NCBI GenBank assembly: GCA_047975325.1
Contig: JBKEDF010000075.1
Location: 14,782 to 78,781 of the forward strand
Reading direction: 5' to 3'
Source of the DNA: Pseudorhodobacter sp.
GTDB lineage: Bacteria; Pseudomonadota; Alphaproteobacteria; Rhodobacterales; Rhodobacteraceae
DNA length: 64,000 nucleotides
Shown here in pieces: positions 37,624 through 47,533 of the stretch. Positions within the stretch are counted from its first letter, which is position 1. Each line of letters starts with the position of its first letter. Position numbers and translations under genes: made by a program. Below the pieces are notes generated by a model, which saw nothing but the letters and a program-made list of their open reading frames with translations, was not told the DNA's origin and ran no database searches.

Positions 37624-38934
37624 CTACTTTGTCAGACTGGGCAGGAAGGTCACGATTTCGGGCATCATGATAAGCAATGCCAGCACGCAGACCTCCATCA
37701 GGATAAAGGGGGTAACGCCTGCGAACACCTCTTCCAGCCGCAACGGCACGGGCGACGAACTGCGCACCACAAACACGTTCAGCCCGATCGGCGGCGTGAT
37801 CAGCGAAATCTCACACATCTTGATGACGATGACACCAAGCCAGATCGGATCATAGCCGACATTGATCATGACCGGATACATCACGGGCAAGGTCATGACC
37901 ATGATCGCGATCGGTTCCAGCAGCATGCCCAGAACCAGAAACATCAGCGCAAAGCCGAGAAGGTAGGCGAAGGGCGTCATCTCCAGCGCGATCATCCAGT
38001 TGGAAACCGTACTGACAAGCCCGGTATAGGTCAGGAAACGCGCGAAAAGCATACCCCCGATGATGACCGAAAAGATGGTGGAGGATGTGAACACCGCCTC
38101 CAGAAAGGTTTCGCGCATCACCGAAGGTTCGGCACGACGTTTCAGGAAGACAATCAGGAAAGCCCCGAACGCCCCGACTGCCCCGGCATAGGTTGGCACG
38201 AAATACCCGCCATAGATTCCGCCGATCACCAACGTGAACAGAACCACGATCCCCCAGACATTCCTGAGCGAACGGATCTTGACCGCACGCGGGATCACTT
38301 CTTTTGGCAAAGGCGCTATTTCCGGACGGCGTTTGACCATGAAATAGATGCCACCCAGAAACACCACGGCTGTCAGGATGCCCGGTATCAGCCCGGCAAC
38401 CAGCATCGTCCCCACCGATTGTTCGGTAATGATCGCGTAGATCACCATCAGCACCGAAGGCGGGATCATTGCGGCCAGTGTACCCGAAGCTGCGATACAA
38501 CCCGCACTGAGGCGTTTGTCATAGCCAAGCTTGGTCATCTCCGGCATGGCCATCTTGGTAAAGACAGCCGCGTTGACGATGGTGGATCCCGAAGCCGCCC
38601 CGAAGGCCGCCGAGGCGATTGTCGTCGTCATCGCAAGCCCGCCGGGCAAGCGCGACATCCAGTTATAGGCAGCGGTATAGAGGTCCGTTGTCAATCGCGC
38701 CTGCGTGGCCAGGGACCCCATCAGAATGAACAAGGGGATCACCGCCAGCGTAAAGGAATTCGTGGTGGTGAAGGGAATGGTGGCAAGCTGCGCAAACGCC
38801 CCATCGGCACCAATGGTCAGATACATGCCCAGAAGTCCACCCAACCCCATTGCCACGCCGATATGCGCGCCGGAAACCAGAAGGATGGTAACAAGGATGA
38901 TGGCAAGAATTGCTGCGGTAGCGGGATCAAGCAA
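37624..38934 (-). CDS. TRAP transporter large permease (DctM)
   Basis: 436-aa polytopic DctM-family protein. Confidence 0.9.
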   Translation of the reverse strand: MLDPATAAILAIILVTILLVSGAHIGVAMGLGGLLGMYLTIGADGAFAQLATIPFTTTNSFTLAVIPLFILMGSLATQARLTTDLYTAAYNWMSRLPGGLAMTTTIASAAFGAASGSTIVNAAVFTKMAMPEMTKLGYDKRLSAGCIAASGTLAAMIPPSVLMVIYAIITEQSVGTMLVAGLIPGILTAVVFLGGIYFMVKRRPEIAPLPKEVIPRAVKIRSLRNVWGIVVLFTLVIGGIYGGYFVPTYAGAVGAFGAFLIVFLKRRAEPSVMRETFLEAVFTSSTIFSVIIGGMLFARFLTYTGLVSTVSNWMIALEMTPFAYLLGFALMFLVLGMLLEPIAIMVMTLPVMYPVMINVGYDPIWLGVIVIKMCEISLITPPIGLNVFVVRSSSPVPLRLEEVFAGVTPFILMEVCVLALLIMMPEIVTFLPSLTK

Positions 38935-38971
38935 GTCGTGAAACCTTCGATATCAGGGAATGGATCAGGCC

Positions 38972-39469
38972 TCAGCCCAGATGAATGGGGCGGGGATTGC
39001 CGAAATCGCGGATATCCCCGATCAGATCAAGTGCAAGCTGCACCAGCATCAGCACCGATCCGAACGCCAGAAGCGTGCGCGCGGGATAAAGCGGGAAACG
39101 GATCAATCCGCTGGTGGCTTCGCCCCATTGCCAACTGAACATCGCCTCGTTGATCGCCTGCCAGCTGAGCAACGCGAAAAACGCGATGGCACTGGCCGAG
39201 GCGATAATATCCATGCAGGATCGTATCCTGGGCCCCGCCCGCATGTAAAACAGCTCCACACGGATATGGCCGCGGCGGATCTGCGCATAGGCCAGCCCGC
39301 CGAACACGATCAGCACCATGGTGCTTTCGGTGACTTCGCGCGCGCCCGGCAGCGGACGGTTGAACGCGGTCCCAACCACATCACCAACCCCAAGGAACAT
39401 TGAAATCAACAAGCCGATACTGCCAAATGCGACAGTAATCACGGCAATCCATTCCACCAGTTTTCGCAT
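38972..39469 (-). CDS. TRAP transporter small permease (DctQ)
   Basis: 165 aa with four TM helices, located between the DctP and DctM genes. Confidence 0.85.
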   Translation of the reverse strand: MRKLVEWIAVITVAFGSIGLLISMFLGVGDVVGTAFNRPLPGAREVTESTMVLIVFGGLAYAQIRRGHIRVELFYMRAGPRIRSCMDIIASASAIAFFALLSWQAINEAMFSWQWGEATSGLIRFPLYPARTLLAFGSVLMLVQLALDLIGDIRDFGNPRPIHLG

Positions 39470-39529
39470 GCCGGCCTTTCCATGACAAAGAAGCCGGACA
39501 GTACGCTGCCCGGCCCCGGTTCGAATTGA

Positions 39530-40543
39530 TCAGTTATCCGCAAGTTCGCGCCATTTGGCCGCAACCGCCGCGGCCTCCTCGCCCTTGCCCCGCGACGCCA
39601 TGTCATCCACCCAATCCTGCAGAAGGTCAGGGGTTTTTGCCTGCCATTCGGCAGTCATTTCGGGCGATTGTTCAATGATGGTGGCCCCTGCAGCAACAAG
39701 CCGTTCGCCCGCCGCCGCTTCGGCCTCGTCAATCAGTTCGACATATCTGGCCTGGGCGATTTCGGCTTCCTCAAGGAAAATCGTCTGGATATCCTCGGGC
39801 AGCTTGTTCCATGTCCGTTCGCTGATCACGACAAGATGGCCCGCCATCGACAATGAGGGTCCGCAGTTGATCGGGCTGACCTCATTCAGGCGAAACGCCT
39901 CGACATTGCCCAGATTGAGGAAGGAATAGTCAAGCGCATCGCGCGACAGCGATTCATAAAGATCGCCGGTGCCAACCGTAACAGGCACCGCGCCCACTGC
40001 CGACATCATCTTGGGAATATCTGCACCAAAGGTACGGATTTTCTTGTTGGCAAGGCCGTCCAGCGATTTGCAGGCATCCGTCTTGCCGGTCATGAAATAG
40101 GACCCCAGCGGCTGGTGGAAAAAGCGCCGCACGCCAAGGTTTTTCAGCTCTTCTGCAAAGACCGGCAGTTCCTTGTAGGAATATTGCGCAATATCGATCG
40201 CCTCGCCCGGGCTGTCAAAGACGAAGGGAATTTGCATGGCACGGGCATAAAGCAGCTGATCGGCATAATAGCCCGGCACGATCGCCGCCATATCCACCGC
40301 ACCGCGCGCCGCAAGGGCCAGCAGTTCATCCCCCTTGCCCAGACCACCGGAATAGACGGTATTGATCGCAACACGACCCTCGCTTCGCGTCTGTACCGCC
40401 TCGACGAATTCCCGTTCAACCGCCAGATAGGGGCTGTCGCTCAGGTAATGACCATATGTCATCCGGAATTCCTGCGCCTGCGCCGCGCCAAAGGCTGTCG
40501 CGGCCAGCGCAATGCCGCCAAACAGCGCCTTGCTGAAAATCAT
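39530..40543 (-). CDS. TRAP transporter substrate-binding protein (DctP type)
   Basis: Signal peptide MIFSKALFGGIALAATAFGAAQA and DctP-family sequence. Confidence 0.85.
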   Translation of the reverse strand: MIFSKALFGGIALAATAFGAAQAQEFRMTYGHYLSDSPYLAVEREFVEAVQTRSEGRVAINTVYSGGLGKGDELLALAARGAVDMAAIVPGYYADQLLYARAMQIPFVFDSPGEAIDIAQYSYKELPVFAEELKNLGVRRFFHQPLGSYFMTGKTDACKSLDGLANKKIRTFGADIPKMMSAVGAVPVTVGTGDLYESLSRDALDYSFLNLGNVEAFRLNEVSPINCGPSLSMAGHLVVISERTWNKLPEDIQTIFLEEAEIAQARYVELIDEAEAAAGERLVAAGATIIEQSPEMTAEWQAKTPDLLQDWVDDMASRGKGEEAAAVAAKWRELADN

Positions 40544-40692
40544 GATTCACTCCCTGTAATATTGTCATTATGGCCTTGCCGTGACGGCAAGCCCCACACA
40601 TTGTCTTCGGAAAAGGAAATACTGTCCAACCCCGAAAAACTGTGAACAGTCTGCATGTATGGTTTTGTCTGTCAATGCCGGTCAGGACCTGA

Positions 40693-41586
40693 TTATGCAC
40701 CCGCAACAACACCCTTCGGCAGTGAACGGATATGGTCGGATACACCACCGACAGTCGTAACCCAGATATCGCTGCGATGTTGCAGAATATGGGCCAGGGC
40801 CCGGCGCAACGCCCGCAAACGATAGGGCTGCCCCATGATGAAGGGATGGGTGACAATCGTGCAGACCAGCGGATATTTCCGTGATTGCAGCAGCATTTCG
40901 TCGAAATGGTCAACGATCATCCGTTCAAATGACATCGCGCTTTCCTGCCGGAACACCATGCTGGGGGAATCATTGATTTCAACGGAATAGGGCACGGACA
41001 GGATCGGGCCGGATCTGGTCCGCATCCAGACCGGTTGATCATCCAGTGGCCAGTCCAGCATGAATTCATACCCCGCTTCGCGAAGCAGATCGAGCGTCAC
41101 CTCGCTCTGGGCGAAATAGGGGCCCATCCAGCCCTTGGGTGCCCGGCCGGAAACTGCGCGGATCTCCTCCGTCACTTGTGCAATGAGCCTGCGTTCATCC
41201 TCCTCCGAAAGCCCATCCTGCCGTTCGCCATTAGTGCGGCCATGGCCGATGATTTCATCCCCTCGGGCCTTGATCTGTTCAAGGATCTGCGGGCAGTCGC
41301 GCAGCAGGATCGAATTGCAGTTATGCGAGGCCGGCAGGCCAAGTTCATCCATCAGGTCAAACAGGTACCATTGCCCGACCCGGTTCCCATAATCCCGCCA
41401 GGCATAGTTGCGATGGGTCTGCGGGGCATTCAGCACGGCGCTATCGCTGCCCAGCCCGTCACGATAGCTGAAAACCTCAAGATTGTTACAGATGCACAGG
41501 GCCAACCGCTTGCCTCCGGGCCAGTCATATGTCGGACGGGCGGGCAGGGGGCTGTATTCATATCGGTCGTGACGGTGCAGTTCCAT
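40693..41586 (-). CDS. polysaccharide deacetylase-family hydrolase (PuuE allantoinase-like)
   Basis: N-terminal YEYSPLPARPTYDWPGGKRLALCICNNLE resembles the PuuE-type NodB-fold family. The ATG at 41586 is preceded by GGAAGGA. Confidence 0.75.
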   Translation of the reverse strand: MELHRHDRYEYSPLPARPTYDWPGGKRLALCICNNLEVFSYRDGLGSDSAVLNAPQTHRNYAWRDYGNRVGQWYLFDLMDELGLPASHNCNSILLRDCPQILEQIKARGDEIIGHGRTNGERQDGLSEEDERRLIAQVTEEIRAVSGRAPKGWMGPYFAQSEVTLDLLREAGYEFMLDWPLDDQPVWMRTRSGPILSVPYSVEINDSPSMVFRQESAMSFERMIVDHFDEMLLQSRKYPLVCTIVTHPFIMGQPYRLRALRRALAHILQHRSDIWVTTVGGVSDHIRSLPKGVVAGA

Positions 41587-41646
41587 CTTGTCCTTCCCCA
41601 AGCAGGATTTCCAAAAGGTGGGTACCGATTTTCGGATAAAGATCCT

Positions 41647-41702
41647 GTAAAAGCAAATAAACCCAAGCAGGTATTCGCGGGTAACGCCGCGAATACCTGC
41701 TT
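41647..41702 (-). terminator. rho-independent terminator of the minus-strand amidohydrolase operon
   Basis: Perfect 16-bp stem (41665-41680 pairs with 41687-41702) with a 6-nt loop. It begins inside the asparaginase stop codon and is followed on the minus strand by GGGTTTATTTGCTTTTAC. Confidence 0.8.
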
Positions 41703-42696
41703 AGTAGCGGTCAAAACAGTCTTGCACGAAATCAACCGACGCGTCATGTGCAAGCGCCAGCATCAGCAGGATACGCGCCTTGTGCGGGCTCAGATCACCC
41801 CCGGCAACCCAACCCTGTTGCCGCAACCATCCGCGGCGCGATACCCGGCCGGAGCCGACACGCGACGCCTGCACCACCACCGCACCCGCCTCTGCCGCCT
41901 GTACCAGGGCGCGACGTTCCAGCGGGCTGCAAAGCCCCGGCGCAAACCCCGCCGAAACAAGGCCACGCGCACCGGCCGCCAATGCCGCATTCACCATTAC
42001 CTCATCCGCCCCGGCATGGGCATAAAGAATATCCACCCGCGGCAAGCTTGTTTCTCCTGTCACACGAAACGGGGTGGCGGCGGTATGGGGGCGTTCGGGC
42101 CTGCGCGAATAGATCACCCCATCGGGGTCAACCGTACCCATGGGGCCGAATGCCCCTGAATGGAATGCATGCAAACGGTAGGTGGACCCTTTTGCAGCCT
42201 CGCGCGCGGCATGGATTTCATCATTCAGCACGATCAGGACCCCACGACCCGCACTTTGCGGATGGCCTGCAGCCCGCAGCGCAGCAATCGCATTTGCAAC
42301 CGCATCGGTGCCGATCGTGTTAAGCGGCCTTTGCGCCCCGACCAGAACCACCGGCTGCGAAGATTTCAGCGTCAGGTTCAGGAAATAGGCGGTTTCCTCC
42401 AGCGTCGCGGTTCCATGCAGGATCACCACGCCACTGATGGCAGGGTCATCGCTCAACACCGTCTCGATCACCGCGGCCAGTCGCAACCAGTCCTGCGGGC
42501 CAATGGCGCTGGAGCTGACCTCCCGAAAGGGCACGGGCACCAGATCGGCATGATCCGAAAGCTGCGGGATGCGGGCAATTATCTGATCAACCGAAAGTTT
42601 CTGCCCCGTCTCGGGGTAATCGACGTAATCGGTTTCGCTGGCCGCAAGGGAGGAAATCGTACCCCCGGTGCCGATGATTGCAATGCGCGGGCGCAT
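41701..42696 (-). CDS. L-asparaginase / glutaminase-asparaginase (type II family, no signal peptide)
   Basis: N-terminal IAIIGTGGTISS catalytic threonine motif and HGTATLEETAYFL. Confidence 0.85.
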   Translation of the reverse strand: MRPRIAIIGTGGTISSLAASETDYVDYPETGQKLSVDQIIARIPQLSDHADLVPVPFREVSSSAIGPQDWLRLAAVIETVLSDDPAISGVVILHGTATLEETAYFLNLTLKSSQPVVLVGAQRPLNTIGTDAVANAIAALRAAGHPQSAGRGVLIVLNDEIHAAREAAKGSTYRLHAFHSGAFGPMGTVDPDGVIYSRRPERPHTAATPFRVTGETSLPRVDILYAHAGADEVMVNAALAAGARGLVSAGFAPGLCSPLERRALVQAAEAGAVVVQASRVGSGRVSRRGWLRQQGWVAGGDLSPHKARILLMLALAHDASVDFVQDCFDRY

Positions 42697-44090
42697 CAGC
42701 CCCGTTCCAGTTTTCGGTGTTGATAACGCCCGATGCCACGCGCGGCATCAACCAGGATACCATCCTCGACAACCGCCTGCCCACGCACAAGGCTGTGCCG
42801 TACGGCCCCCTTGAACTGCTTGCCTTCATAAATCGAATAGCCTGCGGATGACATCACATCTTCACGCCGCAACACCCATTCGGCGTCCAGATCAACCAGG
42901 GCCAGATCGGCATCAAAGCCCGGCGCGATCCGGCCCTTGGAACCAAGCCCCATCAACCGCGCCGGATTTTCCGCCAGCAAGGCCGTGATACGTTCCAGCG
43001 GGATCCCGCGCTCATGATATCCCTCAGTCAACATCACCGGCAGCAATGTCTCCATCCCCGGACAACCGGGCGCTGCCTTCCAGATGCCCCCTTCCTTGGA
43101 ACTGGCATCGCGATGCACGTGATCGGTCGCCACCGTATCGATGCTGCCATCCGCAACCGCCCGCCAAAGGGCCTCACGATCAGCCGCATGGCGCAGGGGC
43201 GGGTTGATCTTGCCCATATCGCCACCCTGCCATGACACATCATGGGTCAGGTAATGCGGGCAGGTTTCCAGATGCACCACATCACCCGCCGCGCGCCGGG
43301 CAAGGGCCGCCTCAAGGGCCGCCGCCGACGAGGTATGCACCACATAGACCGGCGCGCCCGCCCGGTTGGCCAGCAAGGCCGCGCGCTGTACCGCATCCGC
43401 CTCTACATAACCGGGCCGGGATGCATCCCAGGCGGCAAGCCCGCCCTTGCCATCCGGATCGCGTTCCATTTCGCGTTTGCGCAACACCCAGGCCACCTCG
43501 ATATTCTCGGGATGCGGCGCAACCATGCCGCCATGCGCCGCCGCAGCCTCGGCCAGCCGAAAAAGAAACCCGTCATCGATATCCGGCAGCCCAAGCCGCG
43601 CGCCCTCGCCACCCCGGTTGTTCATGAAGATTTTCAGGCTGGGGGCGCCATAGCGGGTAATATAATCGGGAACACCGCGCAGCTGGTCCTCGGTCGAGAT
43701 GATGAAATGATAACCAAAATCAATCCGGGCACCGGCTTCGGTAACCGCGACCACCTCATCAAAAACCTCCTCATAGAGGCCGGTCCCCATAAGATAGGGT
43801 ATCATGCAGGTCACACCCCCCCTTGCAGCGGCAGCCGTTTCACGATCGGCGTCTTCCGGCACGCGCGGGCGTGAAATATCCTTGCCATGGCCAAGATGAA
43901 GATGCGCGTCGATAACACCCGGCAGGATCACCAGCCCCGTTGCATCAAGCCTTCGCCTGGCATTGCCCCCCGCACCGGGTGCCAGGACCGCCACAATCTT
44001 GCCGGCAGCCACCGCGATATCACAGGCGGCGCGCCCCCGGCCAGGCAGCACGGCTTCGCCGCCCTCTATCAGCAGGTCAATTTCCGTCAT
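42696..44090 (-). CDS. cyclic amidohydrolase (D-hydantoinase / dihydropyrimidinase / allantoinase / dihydroorotase superfamily)
   Basis: Metal-binding GVIDAHLHL motif in a 464-aa amidohydrolase fold, with later His/Asp ligand contexts (VVHTSS, TDHV). Confidence 0.8.
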   Translation of the reverse strand: MTEIDLLIEGGEAVLPGRGRAACDIAVAAGKIVAVLAPGAGGNARRRLDATGLVILPGVIDAHLHLGHGKDISRPRVPEDADRETAAAARGGVTCMIPYLMGTGLYEEVFDEVVAVTEAGARIDFGYHFIISTEDQLRGVPDYITRYGAPSLKIFMNNRGGEGARLGLPDIDDGFLFRLAEAAAAHGGMVAPHPENIEVAWVLRKREMERDPDGKGGLAAWDASRPGYVEADAVQRAALLANRAGAPVYVVHTSSAAALEAALARRAAGDVVHLETCPHYLTHDVSWQGGDMGKINPPLRHAADREALWRAVADGSIDTVATDHVHRDASSKEGGIWKAAPGCPGMETLLPVMLTEGYHERGIPLERITALLAENPARLMGLGSKGRIAPGFDADLALVDLDAEWVLRREDVMSSAGYSIYEGKQFKGAVRHSLVRGQAVVEDGILVDAARGIGRYQHRKLERG

Positions 44091-45462
44091 GCAGCTTTCC
44101 CCCTATGGCACGTATGGATCGGGAAACCCCGCCCAGATCATCCGCCATCGACACAGACATCAGGGCATGATGCAAGGCATCAGCATCCGCAGCATTGGCG
44201 ACCTGCGCAAGATTGGCATCAAATTTCGCGGCAATATCCGACCGGGCCGCCGGGCGTGAGGCATTGCCATAGACGTCGTCAATGCGCTGCTCCAGAACAC
44301 GCCCGCCCTGCAGGCCAACGCGGATCAGCGCCTCGAAACGCGCCGGGAAACGGGCGTTTTCCAATGGAACCCAGCGGCTTTTGGTGGCCAGGGCAAGAAC
44401 CTCCGGCCCGGCAGGTCGTTCAAAGCTCTGCAAGGTAATCGCCCCATCCACCAATCGCATGGCAACAGTGATGGGCAGGCTCCACCGTGCTGCATGGCCA
44501 ACCGCCCGGCACTTTTCCTGCCAGGGTTCGCAAATGATGGCCGCCGCACCCTGGGGTACCCCGAATTCAATGAATGCCACCTCATCGGGATTTGGGATTC
44601 CATCGGCCAGCAGCCCCATGGCCTCAACAAACGGGTGCAGATAGTGGCAGCATGGGTGGAACTTGAACGCCGCCTGTTCCAGATGCCAGACCTGCCCCAG
44701 ATCGGCCAGCATTGCCTCAAACCGGGTAGTCGCGGCGGCATCGTCGGCAAATATCCGAAACAGGCCAAAACGCCCTTCGATTGCCGTTTCCGGTCCGGTC
44801 AGGCCCGCTGCGGCCAAATCCGCTGCAATAATCCCGGCATGGGCGGCCCAGCCGGGATGCATGGATTTGACGGTGGAACCATTGGTCAGAAATTCAAATA
44901 CGCCAGAGGCCTGACTCAGCGCGATACCAACCGCCGCCATCTGTCCGGCCCGGTCCAGCCCGCGCAATTGCGCGACGACCCCCGCCGCACAAAGCGCACC
45001 ACCAACCGAGGTGAACTGAAAACCCTGCGCCTGAAATCCCCCTGCAGCCGCCAGGCCCAGACGGATCATCACCTCATACCACAGGGCATAGCTGCGCAAC
45101 ACCGCAGCACCGGAGGCCCCTGTCGCCTCACCCGCCGCCAATGCGGCAGCGGCCAGAACCGCACTGCCATGCACGATCGAACCGGTATGGGTGTCGTCAT
45201 ATTCCAGGCTATGGATCAGCCCGCCATTGATCAGGGCCGCATCGGCGGGCCGTGCCCCCTGCTGCTGCCCAAAGACCGAGGCCGCACCCCCCGTGGCCAT
45301 CGCCTGCCCATGCCTGCGCCATGGCGCGCCGATGGCGCTCCCTGCAGCGGCATGGCCGACACCGACAGCATCAGCCAGATGCAACAGCGCAACCTCTTTC
45401 GCCCGGTCGGGCAATGGCCCTGTTTCCGACAGACGGTCAAGGATTGCCCCCAGCAATGTCAT
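44077..45462 (-). CDS. MmgE/PrpD-family protein (second copy)
   Basis: 461 aa with family-typical sequence (SLEYDDTH...). Overlaps both neighbouring genes, which indicates an operon. Confidence 0.85.
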   Translation of the reverse strand: MTLLGAILDRLSETGPLPDRAKEVALLHLADAVGVGHAAAGSAIGAPWRRHGQAMATGGAASVFGQQQGARPADAALINGGLIHSLEYDDTHTGSIVHGSAVLAAAALAAGEATGASGAAVLRSYALWYEVMIRLGLAAAGGFQAQGFQFTSVGGALCAAGVVAQLRGLDRAGQMAAVGIALSQASGVFEFLTNGSTVKSMHPGWAAHAGIIAADLAAAGLTGPETAIEGRFGLFRIFADDAAATTRFEAMLADLGQVWHLEQAAFKFHPCCHYLHPFVEAMGLLADGIPNPDEVAFIEFGVPQGAAAIICEPWQEKCRAVGHAARWSLPITVAMRLVDGAITLQSFERPAGPEVLALATKSRWVPLENARFPARFEALIRVGLQGGRVLEQRIDDVYGNASRPAARSDIAAKFDANLAQVANAADADALHHALMSVSMADDLGGVSRSIRAIGGKLHDGN

Positions 45463-46823
45463 CAGGAAAGATCCCGCGCAGCCGCCAATGCCGCAAGCCG
45501 CCCAAGGGCCACCGCCGTCAAAAGCCCGTTACCCGACGCATAGCCCAGCGCACCGGCCCGTCCGCTGATCCCTGCCGCCGCCCCACCGCCGGCATAAAGG
45601 CCGGGGATCGTACTCCCATCCGCACGGACCACCCGCGCATCGGCATCGACATGCAACCCGCCCTGAGTATGGAACAAGGCAGGCACGACCCGGCAGGAAT
45701 AAAACGGCCCCCGCAAGGGCGCGAGGCCATAGGTATTGCGACCGAACCTGTCCGCAACACCTTTTTTCGCCGCTGCATTATATTCGGCCAACGCCGCTTC
45801 AGCGGCCTTTCCGTCAAGCCCCTGCGCCGCTGCCGCCCCGGCCACGGTATCTGCCTTCTTCAAACCGCCATGGGCGTGGAGTTCGGCAAATTCCTCCTCT
45901 CCCATGGCAATTTCGAATATCCGCTGATCAAAGAGCGCCCAGGCATGGCTGCCCTGCGCCAGAACCACCCGCGCAAATCCGGAATAGCCCAGCGATTCAT
46001 CGCCAAACCGTTGCCCATCAGCCCCCAGCAGCACACCGCCCTTTTCGATTGTCGTCCATGACAGCAGCGAACCATGCGGATCGGCCACTGCGGCATAGCC
46101 CTGATAGGCGGCCATGTTGTCCAGCCTGGCACCAAGCGCTTCACCCCAGATGACCGCCTCGCCATCGGAACCCGTGGCCCCGAAATACTGCGCCCTGGCA
46201 ATCTCGGGACAAAACCGTTCAACAAGGTCACGGTTGGCCCCGAACCCGTTCAGCGCCAACAATACGGCCCGCGCGGCAATCTCGGTGTCGTCCCCATCCC
46301 CGGTATCGACAACGGCCCCTTTCACGGCATCACCCTCGACAATCAACCGCTTGACGGTATTTCCAACCGCCAGGGGAATATCGCGTGCCTCCACCGCCGC
46401 AAGAAGATCGGCAACCAGATCCGACCCCCGCCGCGATTCAGGCGCATGCAGGCGCGATACCGAATGGCCGATATGCTTGTATTCCGTGATCAGCCGGATT
46501 TTCGCCTGAACCGTATCAACCAGCCATTCCACGGTTTCCGCCGATACTTCCGCCATGCGCCGGACAAGCAGCACATCGTCGGTATCCCCGGCGATGCCCA
46601 TCAGGTCACGGAAATAGGCCTCCGGATCGTCCTTGATCCCGGCTTCCGCCTGAAAACGACTGCCCGCCGCTGGAACGGAACCCGTGGATAGGGCAGAATT
46701 TCCGCCGGGCCGGGCCGTCTTTTCCACGATTGCAACCGACAATCCGGCATCTGCCGCCGCAATGGCCGCGCAAAGCCCGCAGGCCCCCGCACCAATGACC
46801 AGAAGGTCAAGCTCATCCGTCAT
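45462..46823 (-). CDS. FAD-dependent oxidoreductase (fumarate reductase / tricarballylate dehydrogenase / KstD-like flavoprotein)
   Basis: N-terminal DLLVIGAGACGLCAAIAAADAG...EKTARPGGNS dinucleotide fold and a C-terminal GLYAGGG motif. Confidence 0.85.
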   Translation of the reverse strand: MTDELDLLVIGAGACGLCAAIAAADAGLSVAIVEKTARPGGNSALSTGSVPAAGSRFQAEAGIKDDPEAYFRDLMGIAGDTDDVLLVRRMAEVSAETVEWLVDTVQAKIRLITEYKHIGHSVSRLHAPESRRGSDLVADLLAAVEARDIPLAVGNTVKRLIVEGDAVKGAVVDTGDGDDTEIAARAVLLALNGFGANRDLVERFCPEIARAQYFGATGSDGEAVIWGEALGARLDNMAAYQGYAAVADPHGSLLSWTTIEKGGVLLGADGQRFGDESLGYSGFARVVLAQGSHAWALFDQRIFEIAMGEEEFAELHAHGGLKKADTVAGAAAAQGLDGKAAEAALAEYNAAAKKGVADRFGRNTYGLAPLRGPFYSCRVVPALFHTQGGLHVDADARVVRADGSTIPGLYAGGGAAAGISGRAGALGYASGNGLLTAVALGRLAALAAARDLS

Positions 46824-46835
46824 GGCCCGCCCCCC

Positions 46836-47516
46836 TCAACCGATAGCACGCAGCGCGGCAAGTGTTGCCCCGGTCGTCATTACATCGGCATATTTCGCCG
46901 ACATGTCGAACAGGTTCACGGCATGCGACGTGGCAGATCGGTCATAGACCGCATCCTCGGGCACGGTAATGCGGAAGTTATAAGCAAACCCGTCAACCAC
47001 GGAACCGCGCACACATCCCGATGTGGTGCAGCCCGTTACCACCAGACTGTCAGCACCCGCATCAATCAGATAGCTGGCAAGCGGTGTGCCGAAAAATGCG
47101 CTTGGATGCTTTTTGGGCAAAAGGATATCGCCGGGCTGCGGCGCAATCTCGGGTACGAATTCATAGCCTTTCGCAGCAACCCCCATCAGCGCGGGAACCT
47201 TATCGGCCAGCCGACCCTGATCAAATTGTTCCTTGGGCGCGACATGGGGATACATCACGGGCCATCCCCTTTCCCGAAAAAGCGCCAGCAGCCGCGAAAT
47301 ATTTGCCACCGCATCCCAACCCACCTGCCCGCAGGAGGTGGGAAATTCCTTGATCGACTCCCAGAACGGTTGCGGCGTGGTGCCGACCGTCCTGTATTGC
47401 ACGTCGATGATCAACAGGGCCGGACGCTTGCCCAGACCGGTCGGCTTGCCAAATCCTGCCGCGGCATAGGCGCGCTGTTCCTCTTCCCCGACAACATCAT
47501 CCCAGATGCGTTTCAT
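46836..47516 (-). CDS. isochorismatase-family cysteine hydrolase (N-carbamoylsarcosine amidase / maleamate amidase-like)
   Basis: The Asp (LLIIDVQ), Lys (PKKHPSAF) and Cys (TGCTTSGC(168)VR) catalytic contexts are all present. The ATG at 47516 (MKRIWDD) is preferred over the track start. Confidence 0.85.
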   Translation of the reverse strand: MKRIWDDVVGEEEQRAYAAAGFGKPTGLGKRPALLIIDVQYRTVGTTPQPFWESIKEFPTSCGQVGWDAVANISRLLALFRERGWPVMYPHVAPKEQFDQGRLADKVPALMGVAAKGYEFVPEIAPQPGDILLPKKHPSAFFGTPLASYLIDAGADSLVVTGCTTSGCVRGSVVDGFAYNFRITVPEDAVYDRSATSHAVNLFDMSAKYADVMTTGATLAALRAIG

Positions 47517-47533
47517 GTTCCACCCCTCTGCCT

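Noticed and set aside
37507-39138. 543-aa ORF on the plus strand, extremely rich in His, Asp, Arg and Gln
   Set aside because: It lies antisense to the TRAP DctM and DctQ genes, whose membrane-protein sequences are clearly genuine. It resembles no family I recognise and is treated as a high-GC antisense artefact.
40636-40682. The AACAGTCT / TGTCTGTCAA motifs here resemble GTCAACTGTCTCCTGTCAACAGTCT at 48476-48500 upstream of the GntR(FCD) gene, suggesting a shared operator
   Set aside because: The inverted-repeat spacing differs between the two sites (ACTGT-N2-ACAGT versus ACTGT-N9-ACAGT). The shared 7-8-mer also occurs at about 61028-61036 in an unrelated intergenic region, and several chance occurrences of a 7-mer are expected in 64 kb. 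The evidence is not strong enough.
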